The notes beneath the pieces are model-generated. The model was not told the DNA's origin, made no database searches, and saw only the letters and a list, made by a program, of their open reading frames with translations. Shown here piece after piece: positions 52,063 through 63,621 of a DNA stretch of 64,000 nt. Source of the DNA: an uncultured Acidobacteriota bacterium (lineage in GTDB: Bacteria > Acidobacteriota > Blastocatellia > RBC074); contig CAWCKY010000004.1 in assembly GCA_963796275.1 (NCBI GenBank), positions 1,504,001 to 1,568,000 of the forward strand, written 5' to 3'. The first letter of the stretch is position 1, and each line of letters opens with the position of its first letter. The translations under genes were made by a program, and so were the position numbers.

Positions 52063-54705
52063 ATGAGACTGCTGGCGAACTTGTTTTATAGAGTACGCGG
52101 CCTGATGCGCGCCGAGACGATTCACCATGAAATCGATGAAGAAACGCGGTTCCACCTCGAGATGCGCAGCGACGAAAACATTCGCCGTGGCCTGTCTCCC
52201 GAAGAAGCACGACTAGATGCCGAGCGGCGGTTCGGCAATCTGACGAGGATGAAAGAACGCGGCTATGAGGTAAGAGGCGGTCGCTGGCTGGAGACCCTCT
52301 GGCAGGATCTGCGTTATAGCCTGAGAATATTATTGAAGAATCCAGGCTTCGCCCTCGTCGCCATACTAACGCTGGCGCTGGGGATCGGCGCAACCACTGC
52401 CATCTTCAGCGTCGTGAATGCGGTGTTGCTGCGGTCGCTCCCGTACCGAGATCCTGACCGGCTCATGCTGGTCAGCCATCACCGGGCAGTTCTGAATCTC
52501 GACTATGCCTTAGACGCGGATTTTCTGGAGTGGCGTGATCAGGCGAAATCGTTTGAACAGATCGCCGCTTACCGAGGCGATAGTGTCGTTCTGACAGGAA
52601 GCGGCGAGACGGTGCGACTCTCTACAGGGCGTGTTTCTGCTAATCTGTTTGCGATACTCGGCGTCGCGCCTGCGCTCGGTCGCGCCTTCACGTCTGAGGA
52701 AGACACGTATGGCGGCCCGCCGGTTGTAATCCTTAGCGACAGCCTGTGGCAGAGCCATTTCGGCGGCGATCCCCAATTGATTGGCCGTACACTCACGCTG
52801 GAAGGCCAAAGCTGGACGGTCATCGGGATTATGCCGCCCGGATTCCGGTTCCCCGGAGAATCTGATCTATGGCTGCCGCTCCTCAATGTCGCTCAGTCAT
52901 TGAGACACTTTAGAAGAGCGGTGAGTGTAATCGCGCGTCTCAAACCGGGTGTGACGCCGGAAGCCACCGAGGCGGAATTGTCTGTTATCCTCAAGAGGCA
53001 GCAACAGGCATTTCCCCGCATCTATTCGACTGTACAACAGGTTAGGGTGGTCAGGCTGAGCGAGAGCCTCGTCCGCAATGTGCGACAGACCTTGCTGATT
53101 ATGTTCGGCGCAGTCACCTTTGTTCTGCTCATCGCATGCGCCAACGTAGCAAACCTGACCCTGGCGCGGTCAGCGGCCAGACAAAAGGAGATGGCGATCC
53201 GCGCAGCGGTGGGCGCTGGGCGTCTGCGGCTCATACGACAGTTGTTGACCGAGAGTCTGCTGCTTTCGTTGGTTGGCGGTGTCGCCGGGCTGTTCACGGC
53301 GAAGTGGGGCGTCAAGCTGCTAGTGGCGATGAATCCCTCTAGGATCGCACGCATCGATGAGAGCGGCGTGGATGGCCGCATGCTCGGCTTCACCTGCGTG
53401 GTCGTAGTGCTCGTAGGCTTGACCGTCGGCATCTTTCCCGCACTGCATGCGTCAAGGACAGATGTCAATGAAACGCTCAAGGCACAGCCAGCCCACCGGA
53501 CGGGGCACGGTGGAGTGGGGCGGATGCTTTCTGCCTTGATGATTGCCGAACTTGCGCTCGCTCTTGTCCTGCTCGCCGGCGCAGGGTTGATGATCAGGAG
53601 CTTCTTGCGCCTGTTGGCCGTTCCCACAGGTTTCAACTCTGATGGCGTATTGACGCTCGCGCTCTCGCTCCAACACGTCAAAGACCAGCGCGCTTATATT
53701 CAGGAAACGCTCGATCGCGTCCAGGCCTTGCCCGGAATCCAGTCTGCCAGTTTGACCGATTTCCTTCCGCTCACCGCAAATTACGCAGGCCAGAGGCCGC
53801 CGAAGCTCATCGAAGGGCGTCCGCCGTTTGAGCCAGGGAAAGAACCATCTATTTTGGTATATCACATCAGCCCCAACTACTTTCAGACGATGGGCATTCA
53901 GATGCGCGCCGGACGACCGTTCACCTCACAAGATGGCGCGGAAGCGACGCCAGTAGTGATCATCAACGAAACATTTGCACGGCGTTTCTTCCCCAACGAG
54001 GACCCAATCGGTCATCGGTTGTCGATATGGTCACCCCCACAGACCATCGTGGGAGTGGTGGGCGACACGCGTCATAACGGTTTGGACCAGGAGGTCCGTC
54101 CGCAGATTTACGCGCCACGCATGCAACGCATTCGAAGTTCGATCTACCCCTCAGAGTGGTTGGTCGTGCGAACAACCTCCGGTCAGAACAATCCGACCAG
54201 TCTATCAAGCTTGGCCGGTTCCATACGCAATCAAGTGCGCGCAATAGATTCAAATGTGCTAGTCGATCGGGTCATCACCATGGATGAACGCTTGTCGAAT
54301 TCGGTCGCGGGGCGGCGCTTCCAGATGCTCCTGCTCGGTGTTTTTTCGGCGGTGGCGCTCATCATCGCGACGGTGGGAATTTACGGCATCATCTCGTATG
54401 GCGTCAGTCAACGAACACCTGAGCTCGGCATTCGGATGGCCTTGGGCGCGCAAGCGAGCGATGTGCTGCGGATGGTCATTTGGTGGGGAATGAGCTTGAC
54501 GCTGATCGGCGTGGCGCTGGGGTTGGCGGCGGCACTCGCCCTGACGCGCGTCATGAAGAGTCTGCTCTTCGACGTGAGCGCAACCGATCCGGTTACCTTC
54601 GCGTTCATCATCTTACTACTGGTTGGTGTCGCCCTGATTGCGAGCTACATTCCGGCGCGACGCGCTACCAAGGTCGATCCGCTTCAGGCTCTTCGCCAGG
54701 ATTGA
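52063..54705 (+). CDS. ADOP-family permease 1
   Basis: 880 aa intact; prefix domain plus duplicated MacB/FtsX architecture. Confidence 0.95.
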   Translation: MRLLANLFYRVRGLMRAETIHHEIDEETRFHLEMRSDENIRRGLSPEEARLDAERRFGNLTRMKERGYEVRGGRWLETLWQDLRYSLRILLKNPGFALVAILTLALGIGATTAIFSVVNAVLLRSLPYRDPDRLMLVSHHRAVLNLDYALDADFLEWRDQAKSFEQIAAYRGDSVVLTGSGETVRLSTGRVSANLFAILGVAPALGRAFTSEEDTYGGPPVVILSDSLWQSHFGGDPQLIGRTLTLEGQSWTVIGIMPPGFRFPGESDLWLPLLNVAQSLRHFRRAVSVIARLKPGVTPEATEAELSVILKRQQQAFPRIYSTVQQVRVVRLSESLVRNVRQTLLIMFGAVTFVLLIACANVANLTLARSAARQKEMAIRAAVGAGRLRLIRQLLTESLLLSLVGGVAGLFTAKWGVKLLVAMNPSRIARIDESGVDGRMLGFTCVVVVLVGLTVGIFPALHASRTDVNETLKAQPAHRTGHGGVGRMLSALMIAELALALVLLAGAGLMIRSFLRLLAVPTGFNSDGVLTLALSLQHVKDQRAYIQETLDRVQALPGIQSASLTDFLPLTANYAGQRPPKLIEGRPPFEPGKEPSILVYHISPNYFQTMGIQMRAGRPFTSQDGAEATPVVIINETFARRFFPNEDPIGHRLSIWSPPQTIVGVVGDTRHNGLDQEVRPQIYAPRMQRIRSSIYPSEWLVVRTTSGQNNPTSLSSLAGSIRNQVRAIDSNVLVDRVITMDERLSNSVAGRRFQMLLLGVFSAVALIIATVGIYGIISYGVSQRTPELGIRMALGAQASDVLRMVIWWGMSLTLIGVALGLAAALALTRVMKSLLFDVSATDPVTFAFIILLLVGVALIASYIPARRATKVDPLQALRQD

Positions 54706-54746
54706 AGGGAATTGGCAGCGATTTTCCGACTACCGACTACTGCACT

Positions 54747-57421
54747 ATGATCATGAGATTGCTGAGGAGTTTATTCCGTAGAGTACGCGGCCTGGTGCGT
54801 GCCGAGACGATTCATTATGAAATCGATGAAGAAGCGCGGTTCCACATCGAGATGCGCACCGCTGAAAACATTCGCCGTGGCATGCCACCGAAGAGGCACG
54901 ACAAGATGCCGAGCGGCAGTTCGGTAATCTGACAAGGATGAAAGAACGCGGCTATGAAGTAAGAGGCGGTCGTTGGCTGGAGACCCTCTGGCAGGACCTG
55001 CGTTATAGCCTGAGAATATTATTGAAGAATCCCGGCTTTACCTGTATTGCCGTACTCACACTGGCGCTAGGAATCGGCGCGAATACCGCAATCTTCAGCG
55101 TCGTGAATGCGGTCTTGCTGCGGTCGCTGCCTTACCAGGTACCCGACCGTCTCGTGCTGGCCAGCTATTACCGTGAATATGGAGCCGACAATGCCTGGGG
55201 CGCGGACCTGCTGGAGTGGCGCGATCAGGCGAAAGCCTTTGAACAGATCGCCGCTTACAGATTCGATGACGTAGATCTCACAGGAAGCGGCGAGCCGGAG
55301 CGGCTGATCGCGGGGCGCATATCCGCTGATCTTTTTCCGATGCTAGGCGTTGCGCCCACACTCGGTCGCGCATTCACGCTCGCTGAAGACACGGATGGCG
55401 GCCCGCCGGTTGTAATCCTGAGCGACAGCCTGTGGCGGCGCCGTTTCGGCGGCGATCCGCGGGTGATTGGCCGGGCGCTCACCCTAGAAGGCCAGAGCCG
55501 AACGGTCATCGGGATTATGCCATCCGCCTTCTGGTTTCCGGAAAAGGTTGATCTGTGGTTGCCGCTCGCCCTCAATGCCGCTCAACAGTTAAGTCGCCGG
55601 GGATTGACCAAATTGAATGTGCTCGCTCGTCTCAAGCCTGGGGTGACTCCGGAAGCCGCCAGGGCGGATTTGTCTGTCATCTTGGAGCGGCAGCGGCAGG
55701 CCTTTCCCGACTACTATTCGTTTATTAACAAGATCCGAGAGGTTCGAGTGGTCAGGTTGAGCGAGAAACTCGTCGGCAATGTGCGATGGGCCTTGCTGGT
55801 GCTCTTCGGAGCGGTCGCCTTTGTTCTGCTCATAGCATGCGCTAACGTGGCGAACCTGCTCCTAGCGCGGTCGGCAGCCAGACAGAAGGAGATGGCGATC
55901 CGCACAGCGGTGGGCGCCGGACGACTGCGGCTAGTGCGGCAATTACTGACCGAGAGTCTGCTGCTCTCGGTCGTCGGAGGCGCCGCCGGGCTGCTCGCGG
56001 CGAAGTGGGGCGTCAAGCTGCTCATAGCGATGAGTCCCGCCGGGATCGTGCGTATCGATGAGAGCAACGTGGATGGCCGCGTGCTCGGCTTCACCTGCGT
56101 GGTTGTGGTGCTCGTGAGCCTGATCGCCGGCGTCTTCCCCGCGCTGCAAGCATCAAAGATCGACGTCAATGAAACCCTCAAGTCAGGGCCCACAACGAGA
56201 GGCGCACAGTTAGGAGGCAGGGGCGTGCGGCTTGGGCTGCCTGCCTTTATGGTCGCTGAACTCGCCATGGCGCTGGTTTTGCTCGTTGGTGCGGGACTGA
56301 TGATCAAGAGCTTCATACGCCTGCTGTCAGTTCCCAAGGGTTTCAATACCGATGGCTTGTTGACGCTTTATCTCAACCCTAAATACCCAAGCGCCTCGCC
56401 GCAAAGCGTCGCTTATTTCCGGGAATTGCTCGCGCGCGTCCAGACGTTGCCTGGCGTCCAATCCGCCTCCCTGACTGATTTCCTTCCGCTCACCGGCCCT
56501 TTCTTGCTATGGCCACTTCAGATCGAGGGGCGTCCGCGCTATGAGCTGGGAAAAGCACCGCTTATTAATATGAATCGCATCAGCTCCGACTACTTTCAGA
56601 CGCTGGGCATTGAGCTACGCTCCGGAAGACCGTTCACCGCCCAGGATGGTCCTGAGGCGCCGAAGGTTATCATCATCAATGAAACGCTGGCTCGGCGCTT
56701 CTTTGCCGGTGAGGACCCCATCGGCCGCCGGTTGTTCCCCGGATCAAACGCGAGGACGATAGTTGGAGTGGCGAGCGACACTCGTCATCGCGGGTTAGAC
56801 CAGGAGGTTCAGCCTGAGGTTTATATTCCGTACCTGCAATATATGAAGGAGATGAGAGGTATGCGCCTGGTGGTGCGAGCCTACTCCGATCAAAACTCTC
56901 CGACCAATCCCTCCGTTTTATCCAGCCTGACTACCTCCATTCGCGATCAGGTGCGCACTATCGAGCCAAATGAGCCTGTCAATCCGGTCACCACGATGGA
57001 TGAACGCTTGTCGAATTCGGTCGCGGGGCGTCGCTTCCAGATGCTCTTGCTCGGCATCTTCGCGGCTGTTGCGCTGGTCATCGCGACTGTGGGAATTTAC
57101 GGCGTCATCTCGTTCGCCGTCAGTCAAAAAACTCATGAGATCGGCATTCGCATGGCTCTGGGCGCGCACGTGAGCGACGTATTGAAGATGGTGATCTGGC
57201 AGGGATTGCGCCTGGCGTTGATCGGCGTGGGGCTGGGATTGGCGGCTGCCCTGGCCCTGACACGCGTTATGGAGAATCTGCTCTTCAACGTGAGCGCAAC
57301 TGATCCGGTAATCTTCGCATCCATCGCCTTGTTGCTGGTCGGTGTCGCCCTGATTGCGAGCTACATTCCGGCGCGGCGCGCTACGAAGGTCGATCCGCTT
57401 CAGGCTCTTCGCCTGGAATGA
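54747..57421 (+). CDS. ADOP-family permease 2 (frameshift ~54890)
   Basis: Close paralog of permease 1 over its full length. Confidence 0.92.
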
Positions 57422-57425
57422 TGAT

Positions 57426-57486
57426 GAGAATTGGCAACGATTCGTGCTGGCTACCTGTAAATGTTAAAGTGATGCAAACAGCATAG
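57426..57486 (+). pseudogene. Remnant of padR 3' end
   Basis: GAGAATTGGCAACGATTCGTGCTGGCTA...AAAGTGATGCAAACAGC matches padR 51994-52044. Confidence 0.85.
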
Positions 57487-57498
57487 AGGATTTACAAA

Positions 57499-57519
57499 CC
57501 GACTACCGACTACCGACTA
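57499..57519 (+). repeat. (CCGACTA)3 just upstream of the start codon; (CCGACTA)2 at 54726-54739
   Basis: Read directly. Confidence 0.85.
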
Positions 57520-57526
57520 CTGCAAT

Positions 57527-60175
57527 ATGATCATGAGATTGCTGAGGAGTTTATTCTGTAGAATACGCAGCCTGGTGCGTGCCGAGACGATTCACCATGA
57601 AATCGATGAAGAAGCGCGGTTTCACATCGAGATGCGCATCGATGAGAACATTCGCCGTGGCATGTCGCCCGAAGAAGCACGCCGAGATGCCGAGCGGCGA
57701 TTCGGTAATTTGACTCGGATGAAAGAACGCGGCTATGAGGTGAGAGGCGGTCGTTGGCTAGAGAATCTGTGGCAGGACTTGCGCTACGGCGCGCGAATGT
57801 TGCTAAAGAATCCCGGCTTCACGCTGGTGGTCGTGCTCACGCTGGCGCTCGGCATCGGCGCCAATACGGCTGTTTTCAGCGTCGTGAACGCGGTGCTACT
57901 GAGACCGCTTTCATATCGTGATCCGGACCGGATTGTCACTCTCTCCAACGCTCTTTCAGAAACACACGAGGCCCCTACTGCCCTCTCCAGGCAAGTGTCA
58001 ATCCCTGACTTTGAAGATTGGCAGGCCCAGAGCTCCTCGTTTGAGGCGATGGCCTATTACGGCTCGCCTCGCGAAAAGGGGGTGATACTGGGCTCAACTC
58101 CCGAGTACACCCGACTCACCATCGTCAGCTCTGACTTTTTTCGCGTCTTTGCTGTTGAGCCGCTCGTCGGCCGCTCGTTTACGCCTGAAGAAACCAAACG
58201 AGGGGGCGGCGGAGCAGCGATGATCAGCTATAACTATTGGCAAATCCATTTTGGTGGTGACCCTCGTGCACTGGGACAGACTGTCCGAATTTCAGAGCCA
58301 CTATCAATCGTCGGAGTGCTTCCACCAGGCTTTCGTTTTCCCGATAACACTGATATATGGGTCCCGGCGGTGGGACCGGCGGGACATCGTAGTGGGATGA
58401 ACTTCCTGTCCGTCGGGCGCCTTAAAGTCGGTGTGCCGATCGAACAGGCCCGAGCCGAGATGACGGTCATCGCCCAGCGCCTGGAGCAGCAGTATCCAGA
58501 AACCAATCGTGGGCGGGGCGTTGTCGTCACGAAATTGATGGACGTGATGGTTAGTGACGTTCGCATGACGCTCTACCTTCTACTCGGTTCAGTATCTGTC
58601 GTCCTTCTGATAGCTTGCGCCAATACCGCGACGCTTCTGCTCGCCAAAGCGAGTACACGGACGCGCGAAATCTCTCTTCGCGCTGCACTGGGTGCAAGCC
58701 GTAAGCGGATTGCGAGGCAGTTAATCACCGAAAGCTTACTGCTGGCCTTGATCGCAGGCCTTGCCGGTCTAGTGCTCGCCTATTGGGGATCAAGGGCACT
58801 GGTGGCGCTGGCTCCCGCCGACGTACCGCGGCTAGCCGAAGTCGGCATCGATCGCTGGGTACTCGGGTTCACTCTTGGAATGTCGGTGATCACCAGCCTT
58901 CTTTTCGGCTCCATACCTGCGTTCTATGCGTCAAATGTGGAATTGAGCGAGGCTCTGAAACAGGGCGGAACGCGGATCACCGGCGGCCGGCGAATGGCCA
59001 GCATTCGTGAGTTCCTCGTGGTGGTTGAGATCGCTCTTGCCGTGACGCTTGTCTGCGCGTCGGGTCTGCTGATCAAGAGTTTCGTGGCGCTCAACAACGT
59101 GGCTTTGGGTTTTCGGCCCGAAAGCGTGCTCGTTATGCGCGCAACTGCCCCGGCGCCACCCTCCGAAGACATCGCCCGCACACGGCAGTTTTTCAGTGAC
59201 ATGCTAACGCGGCTCGCCGAAACACCCGGAGTGGTGGCGGCCGGCGCTACAATGGCGCCGCCTGGATATGTTGATTCGACAGGGGGGTATTTCCTCGATC
59301 ATTTGCCCGCGCAACAGGATTGGAGCCGTGCGCCGAGCGTGGTGTTATCGGTCGTAGCACCTGGCACTTTCGCGGCGCTCGGCATTCCGCTCAGGAGCGG
59401 TCGCGACTTCAGCGAGAGCGATACGCTGGACAGACCCTTTGTCGCTGTGGTCAATGAAGCGCTAGTTCGCAAATCGCTGCCCAACCAAAACCCGCTCGGT
59501 AGGACCATCTTCTGTCCCTTCGATTCGTTCCAAGGGATGAAGATCATCGGTGTCGTCGGCGACGTAAGGCAGCGTGGCCCCGAGCACGAACCGATGCCTG
59601 AGTGCTATTTGCCGTACGGGCAGCACGACTTTAACGGAGCGACTTTGAGCCTGGTGGTGCGGGCCACAGGGGATCCCAATGCCCTTTCACAGACACTGCG
59701 GCGTATGGCGAGCGAGATCAACCCAGAGGTCCCAATGAAGTTCACCGCCATGGAGGCTATGCTGTCTGAGAATGTCGCCGCCCCTCGGTTTCGCACGGTA
59801 TTGTTTGCAGTTTTCGCAGGGTTGGCAGTCTGTCTCGCTATGGCCGGTATCTATGGCGTGATGGCCTTCACGGTCGACCGGCGATCGAACGAGATCGGAG
59901 TAAGGATAGCGCTCGGTGCGAGCACAGGTTCTGTGGTACGACTCGTTCTCAGACAAGGGCTGGTGCTCGCCGGCATAGGCCTTGTTTTGGGGTTGGTTGC
60001 GTCGATTGCCGGCACACGTCTGCTTCGCACCATGCTCTTTCAAGTTCAGCCAAACGACCCTACAGTCTATCTAGCTGTTGCGTTTCTGGTAGGCTTGGTG
60101 ACACTAGCTGCAGGCTACCTTCCAGCCAGCCGCGCTGCCAAGGTCAATCCTGTGGTTGCATTACGGCAGGAGTAG
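57527..60175 (+). CDS. ADOP-family permease 3
   Basis: 882 aa intact; prefix nearly identical to permeases 1-2, body divergent. Confidence 0.95.
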   Translation: MIMRLLRSLFCRIRSLVRAETIHHEIDEEARFHIEMRIDENIRRGMSPEEARRDAERRFGNLTRMKERGYEVRGGRWLENLWQDLRYGARMLLKNPGFTLVVVLTLALGIGANTAVFSVVNAVLLRPLSYRDPDRIVTLSNALSETHEAPTALSRQVSIPDFEDWQAQSSSFEAMAYYGSPREKGVILGSTPEYTRLTIVSSDFFRVFAVEPLVGRSFTPEETKRGGGGAAMISYNYWQIHFGGDPRALGQTVRISEPLSIVGVLPPGFRFPDNTDIWVPAVGPAGHRSGMNFLSVGRLKVGVPIEQARAEMTVIAQRLEQQYPETNRGRGVVVTKLMDVMVSDVRMTLYLLLGSVSVVLLIACANTATLLLAKASTRTREISLRAALGASRKRIARQLITESLLLALIAGLAGLVLAYWGSRALVALAPADVPRLAEVGIDRWVLGFTLGMSVITSLLFGSIPAFYASNVELSEALKQGGTRITGGRRMASIREFLVVVEIALAVTLVCASGLLIKSFVALNNVALGFRPESVLVMRATAPAPPSEDIARTRQFFSDMLTRLAETPGVVAAGATMAPPGYVDSTGGYFLDHLPAQQDWSRAPSVVLSVVAPGTFAALGIPLRSGRDFSESDTLDRPFVAVVNEALVRKSLPNQNPLGRTIFCPFDSFQGMKIIGVVGDVRQRGPEHEPMPECYLPYGQHDFNGATLSLVVRATGDPNALSQTLRRMASEINPEVPMKFTAMEAMLSENVAAPRFRTVLFAVFAGLAVCLAMAGIYGVMAFTVDRRSNEIGVRIALGASTGSVVRLVLRQGLVLAGIGLVLGLVASIAGTRLLRTMLFQVQPNDPTVYLAVAFLVGLVTLAAGYLPASRAAKVNPVVALRQE

Positions 60176-60440
60176 GTGCCACCGAGAAATTTTACGCGAT
60201 GCAAGTATTACTGCAGTCGCGAAATGTTCTGTGTCGTTTATTTCCAGATCAGAAGAGCCTCAGCCTGATCATCCCATCATTGCTCAGAATGATCATTATA
60301 CTGACCGGTCTGTGTTTGCGCCGGCTCTTATACTCGGGAGTAACCGCCATGATCCGTTCTCCCTCGGGGACGAATTTCAGCAGGTCATCCCACGTGAAGT
60401 TCTTCGGGACCGCATTGCCAATAAGATCGCACATGTTCCC

Positions 60441-60486
60441 CTTGCTTACCGAGATGGACATGGCTACACTCATCTCGGTAACCAAG
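60441..60486 (+). promoter_or_regulatory. Promoter TTGCTT-17-TACACT inside a 16-bp inverted repeat
   Basis: CTTGCTTACCGAGATG...CATCTCGGTAACCAAG. Confidence 0.65.
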
Positions 60487-60505
60487 TGATGCAGCATAAG
60501 TGCAT

Positions 60506-60830
60506 ATGAGCAAACCGACATATCTGGTCCAGGGCACTCTGACCTTCTGATCTTGAAGATCCTGCGTTAGAGCGGCTCCGTGGGTGGATAATCGGACAGC
60601 GCCTGAAACAAGTCTCATGCGATATTCTGCAGGTCAGCGACGGATCGATATGTCCTGCCTACATAAGCCGGTGCGGGAGGGGTTGGATACTGCAGAATCG
60701 GAAACCAAGCGAGATTATCATCGCGAGAAGTTCTCTTCGTTAACGCGGCTCTACCCAGGAAGTGAAAAAGAAGCCGACTGGAATCGCCTATCTAGTGCCA
60801 TCCGCGCGTGGTGAAACTCAAGGAGTTTTG
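60506..60830 (+). pseudogene. Degraded second padR
   Basis: MSKPTYLVQGTL..LILKIL..GQRLKQVS..LQVSDGS..EGWI..LTR..DWNRLSSAI with many frameshifts and substitutions. Confidence 0.85.
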
Positions 60831-60834
60831 ATCA

Positions 60835-63609
60835 ATGCGAAACAAACGCTGGTTTTATACCATCCCATTGCGGTTACGCTCCCTCTTTCGCCGCAGGCAA
60901 ATCGAGCAAGAACTGGACGAGGAGCTCCGCTATCACCTCGAGCGGCAAATCGAAGAGAACGTCACCAGGGGTATGACGCCGGAGGAGTCGCGTTATGCCG
61001 CGCTGCGCGCTTTGGGCGGGATCGAGCAGCGGAAGGAGGAGTGCCGTGATATGCGACGCGTGAGGCCGATAGAAGAACTGATACAAGATCTACGCTATGG
61101 GCTACGGACGCTGCGCAAGAGTCCCGGCTTCACGGCGGCGGCGGTGCTCTCGCTGGCACTGGGGATTGGAGCCAACACAGCGATTTTCAGCCTGGTCGAC
61201 CCAATCATAATCAAGACGCTTCCTGTCAAAAACCCGGAACAACTGGTAGTGCTTAGCGGCGATCGGCAATACCCGGGACTCCCCTACTCGATGGTCGAGG
61301 AACTTCGCACTCGCACCCAGGTGTTTTCAGGAATCTCCTTTTCCGATGCGGAAATGACCATAGACGTGGTCGACCCTGTAGCCGGAGATCAGATAGAGAC
61401 GGCCAGGCTACAGCTGGTTTCCGGGGAATATTTTCAGGTATTGGGCGTCAATGCGGTCCTCGGCCGCACGCTCACGTCAGCCGACAACCAGGCGCCCTGC
61501 CCAACTCCGGTGGCAGTGCTGAGCTACAGTTTCTGGCAGAGCAGATTCGCCGGAGACCTTTCGATAATCGGCAAAAGCATTACTCTGAGAAATCAGCCGT
61601 TCACCATCATCGGCGTAACGACGGCCGAATTCTTCGGCGATGAAGTGGGAAGCGCGCCCGATATCTGGGCGCCGCTACTGCTGATAAATAGCGTAAGAAC
61701 AGGCCAGCCGTGCCGCGGCGATAACGGTATCACGTTCAATCGACAGCTCATGGCGCGGCTCCGTCCGGGAGTGAGCATTGAGCAGGCTCGAGCGGCGCTG
61801 GACTTATTCTGGGGACAACTCGCGAACGAGCCGACGAGCGGGCTCGGAAGTTGGGTAAATAGATTTTCAAAGATGGGTTTTATCTCAAAGATAAAAATGT
61901 CTCCCGGCCAGCGAGGATTAACAATCCGAACGGCAGGAACGAGAGGACTGCGCAGCTGGATTGTTCAGCCGCTTCAAATCCTGATGACGGTCGTGGGACT
62001 GGTGCTCATCATCGCCTGCGCCAACGTCGCCAACCTGCTGCTGACGCGCGTCGCGGTGCGACAAAAAGAAGTTGCGATACGTCTCACCATCGGCGCGGGC
62101 CGCTTCAGGCTCATCCGCCAGTTCCTCACCGAAAGCGCCCTGCTGGCAGCCGCCGGCGGCCTTCTGGGACTGGTTTTCGCCTGGTGGGGCAGCCGTCTCC
62201 TCCTGGTTTTGATGTCGCGCGGCGCAACTCCTATCCCCATCGATGTGACGCCGAACATCCGCATTCTCGGCTTCACGATAATATCCTCGCTCCTGACGGT
62301 ATTTCTCTTCGGCCTGGCGCCCGCGCTCATCGCCACGCGGCAGGATCTGAATGCAACGCTCAAGGCATCCACGGCGCAGATTCTCCCCCGCTCACGCCTA
62401 TCGCTCTCCCGCTCTTTAGTGATTGCGCAAGTCGCGCTGTCGGTCCTGCTGCTGACCGGAGCCGGCCTGATCATCCAGACCTTGCATAACCTGCGCACGA
62501 TGGATTTCGGAATCGATACTGAACACATCATCCAGGCCCGCGTCTCCGCGGAAGAAGCGGGTTATCAAGGAAATCAGGTAACTGAACTAAAACAGCGAAT
62601 ACTCGAAAGGCTGAACTCCGCGCCGGGCGTTCGCTCCGCCGCCACGGCAGATAGCGGATTTCTGTCGGGCACCGGCACTTCATGTTGTCTCGCCATCGAA
62701 GGCTTTGCTCTTCATCTCGATGAAGACCGCAAAATCGACGTCGACTACGTGAGGCCCGGTTATTTTCAAACTCTGGGTCTGCCGCTGATGCTCGGTCGGG
62801 ACTTTACCGCAGAAGATCTAAGTCACGACCCCTACAATCGGCAGAATCGAAGCCGCGAGCCGGCCGCCGGCCCGATAGCCGCGATCATCAACGAAACGAT
62901 GGCGCGTAAATATTTCGGGACTGCAAATCCTCTGGGGAAACGCTTTGGTATGCAAATTCCGGGGCGGAGCAATATCAATTACAACAGAGAGATCGTCGGC
63001 GTCGTTAAAGATTCCCCCTACTGGGAGATCCGTGCCGAGATACGACCGCTGATCTATATTCCCAGTCAGGAAGGAGATATGTTCGTGGTGCGTGCGGAGG
63101 GTCGGGCTGACTCGCTTGTGGCAACGATCCGCCGGGAGATCGAGGCTGTCGACAAGAAATTAAAGGCGAGCGACATCCACACTGCCTCTCAGGCTATTGA
63201 TAGACGCCTGTTTTCAGAAATATTGCTGGCCAGGCTTTCGAGCTTTTTTGCCCTGCTGGCGCTGCTACTCGCTTGCGTCGGGCTGTATGGCGTGCTGTCC
63301 TACGAGGTGGCGCGCCGCACGCACGAGATCGGCATACGGATGGCGCTCGGCGCGCAACGAAGGGACGTCGTCGGGATGGTAATGCGCGAAACTATGCTGC
63401 TGTTGATTATAGGCATAGTCATTGGACTGAGCGCAGCATTGGGCTCTACACGCTTCATTGCAAGTTTGTTGTATGGTCTGACGCCGAATGATCCATTAAC
63501 AATCGCGCTTGCTTCAATGATGCTGCTGATTGTTGCGGTGCTGGCGGGTTATCTGCCGGCGCGCAGAGCTGCGCGTGTCGATCCGATGGTGGCATTGCGC
63601 CACGATTAG
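60835..63609 (+). CDS. ADOP-family permease 4 (second prefix type)
   Basis: 924 aa intact; prefix [32 protein letters not shown]. Confidence 0.95.
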   Translation: MRNKRWFYTIPLRLRSLFRRRQIEQELDEELRYHLERQIEENVTRGMTPEESRYAALRALGGIEQRKEECRDMRRVRPIEELIQDLRYGLRTLRKSPGFTAAAVLSLALGIGANTAIFSLVDPIIIKTLPVKNPEQLVVLSGDRQYPGLPYSMVEELRTRTQVFSGISFSDAEMTIDVVDPVAGDQIETARLQLVSGEYFQVLGVNAVLGRTLTSADNQAPCPTPVAVLSYSFWQSRFAGDLSIIGKSITLRNQPFTIIGVTTAEFFGDEVGSAPDIWAPLLLINSVRTGQPCRGDNGITFNRQLMARLRPGVSIEQARAALDLFWGQLANEPTSGLGSWVNRFSKMGFISKIKMSPGQRGLTIRTAGTRGLRSWIVQPLQILMTVVGLVLIIACANVANLLLTRVAVRQKEVAIRLTIGAGRFRLIRQFLTESALLAAAGGLLGLVFAWWGSRLLLVLMSRGATPIPIDVTPNIRILGFTIISSLLTVFLFGLAPALIATRQDLNATLKASTAQILPRSRLSLSRSLVIAQVALSVLLLTGAGLIIQTLHNLRTMDFGIDTEHIIQARVSAEEAGYQGNQVTELKQRILERLNSAPGVRSAATADSGFLSGTGTSCCLAIEGFALHLDEDRKIDVDYVRPGYFQTLGLPLMLGRDFTAEDLSHDPYNRQNRSREPAAGPIAAIINETMARKYFGTANPLGKRFGMQIPGRSNINYNREIVGVVKDSPYWEIRAEIRPLIYIPSQEGDMFVVRAEGRADSLVATIRREIEAVDKKLKASDIHTASQAIDRRLFSEILLARLSSFFALLALLLACVGLYGVLSYEVARRTHEIGIRMALGAQRRDVVGMVMRETMLLLIIGIVIGLSAALGSTRFIASLLYGLTPNDPLTIALASMMLLIVAVLAGYLPARRAARVDPMVALRHD

Positions 63610-63621
63610 GAGGATCGAGAG

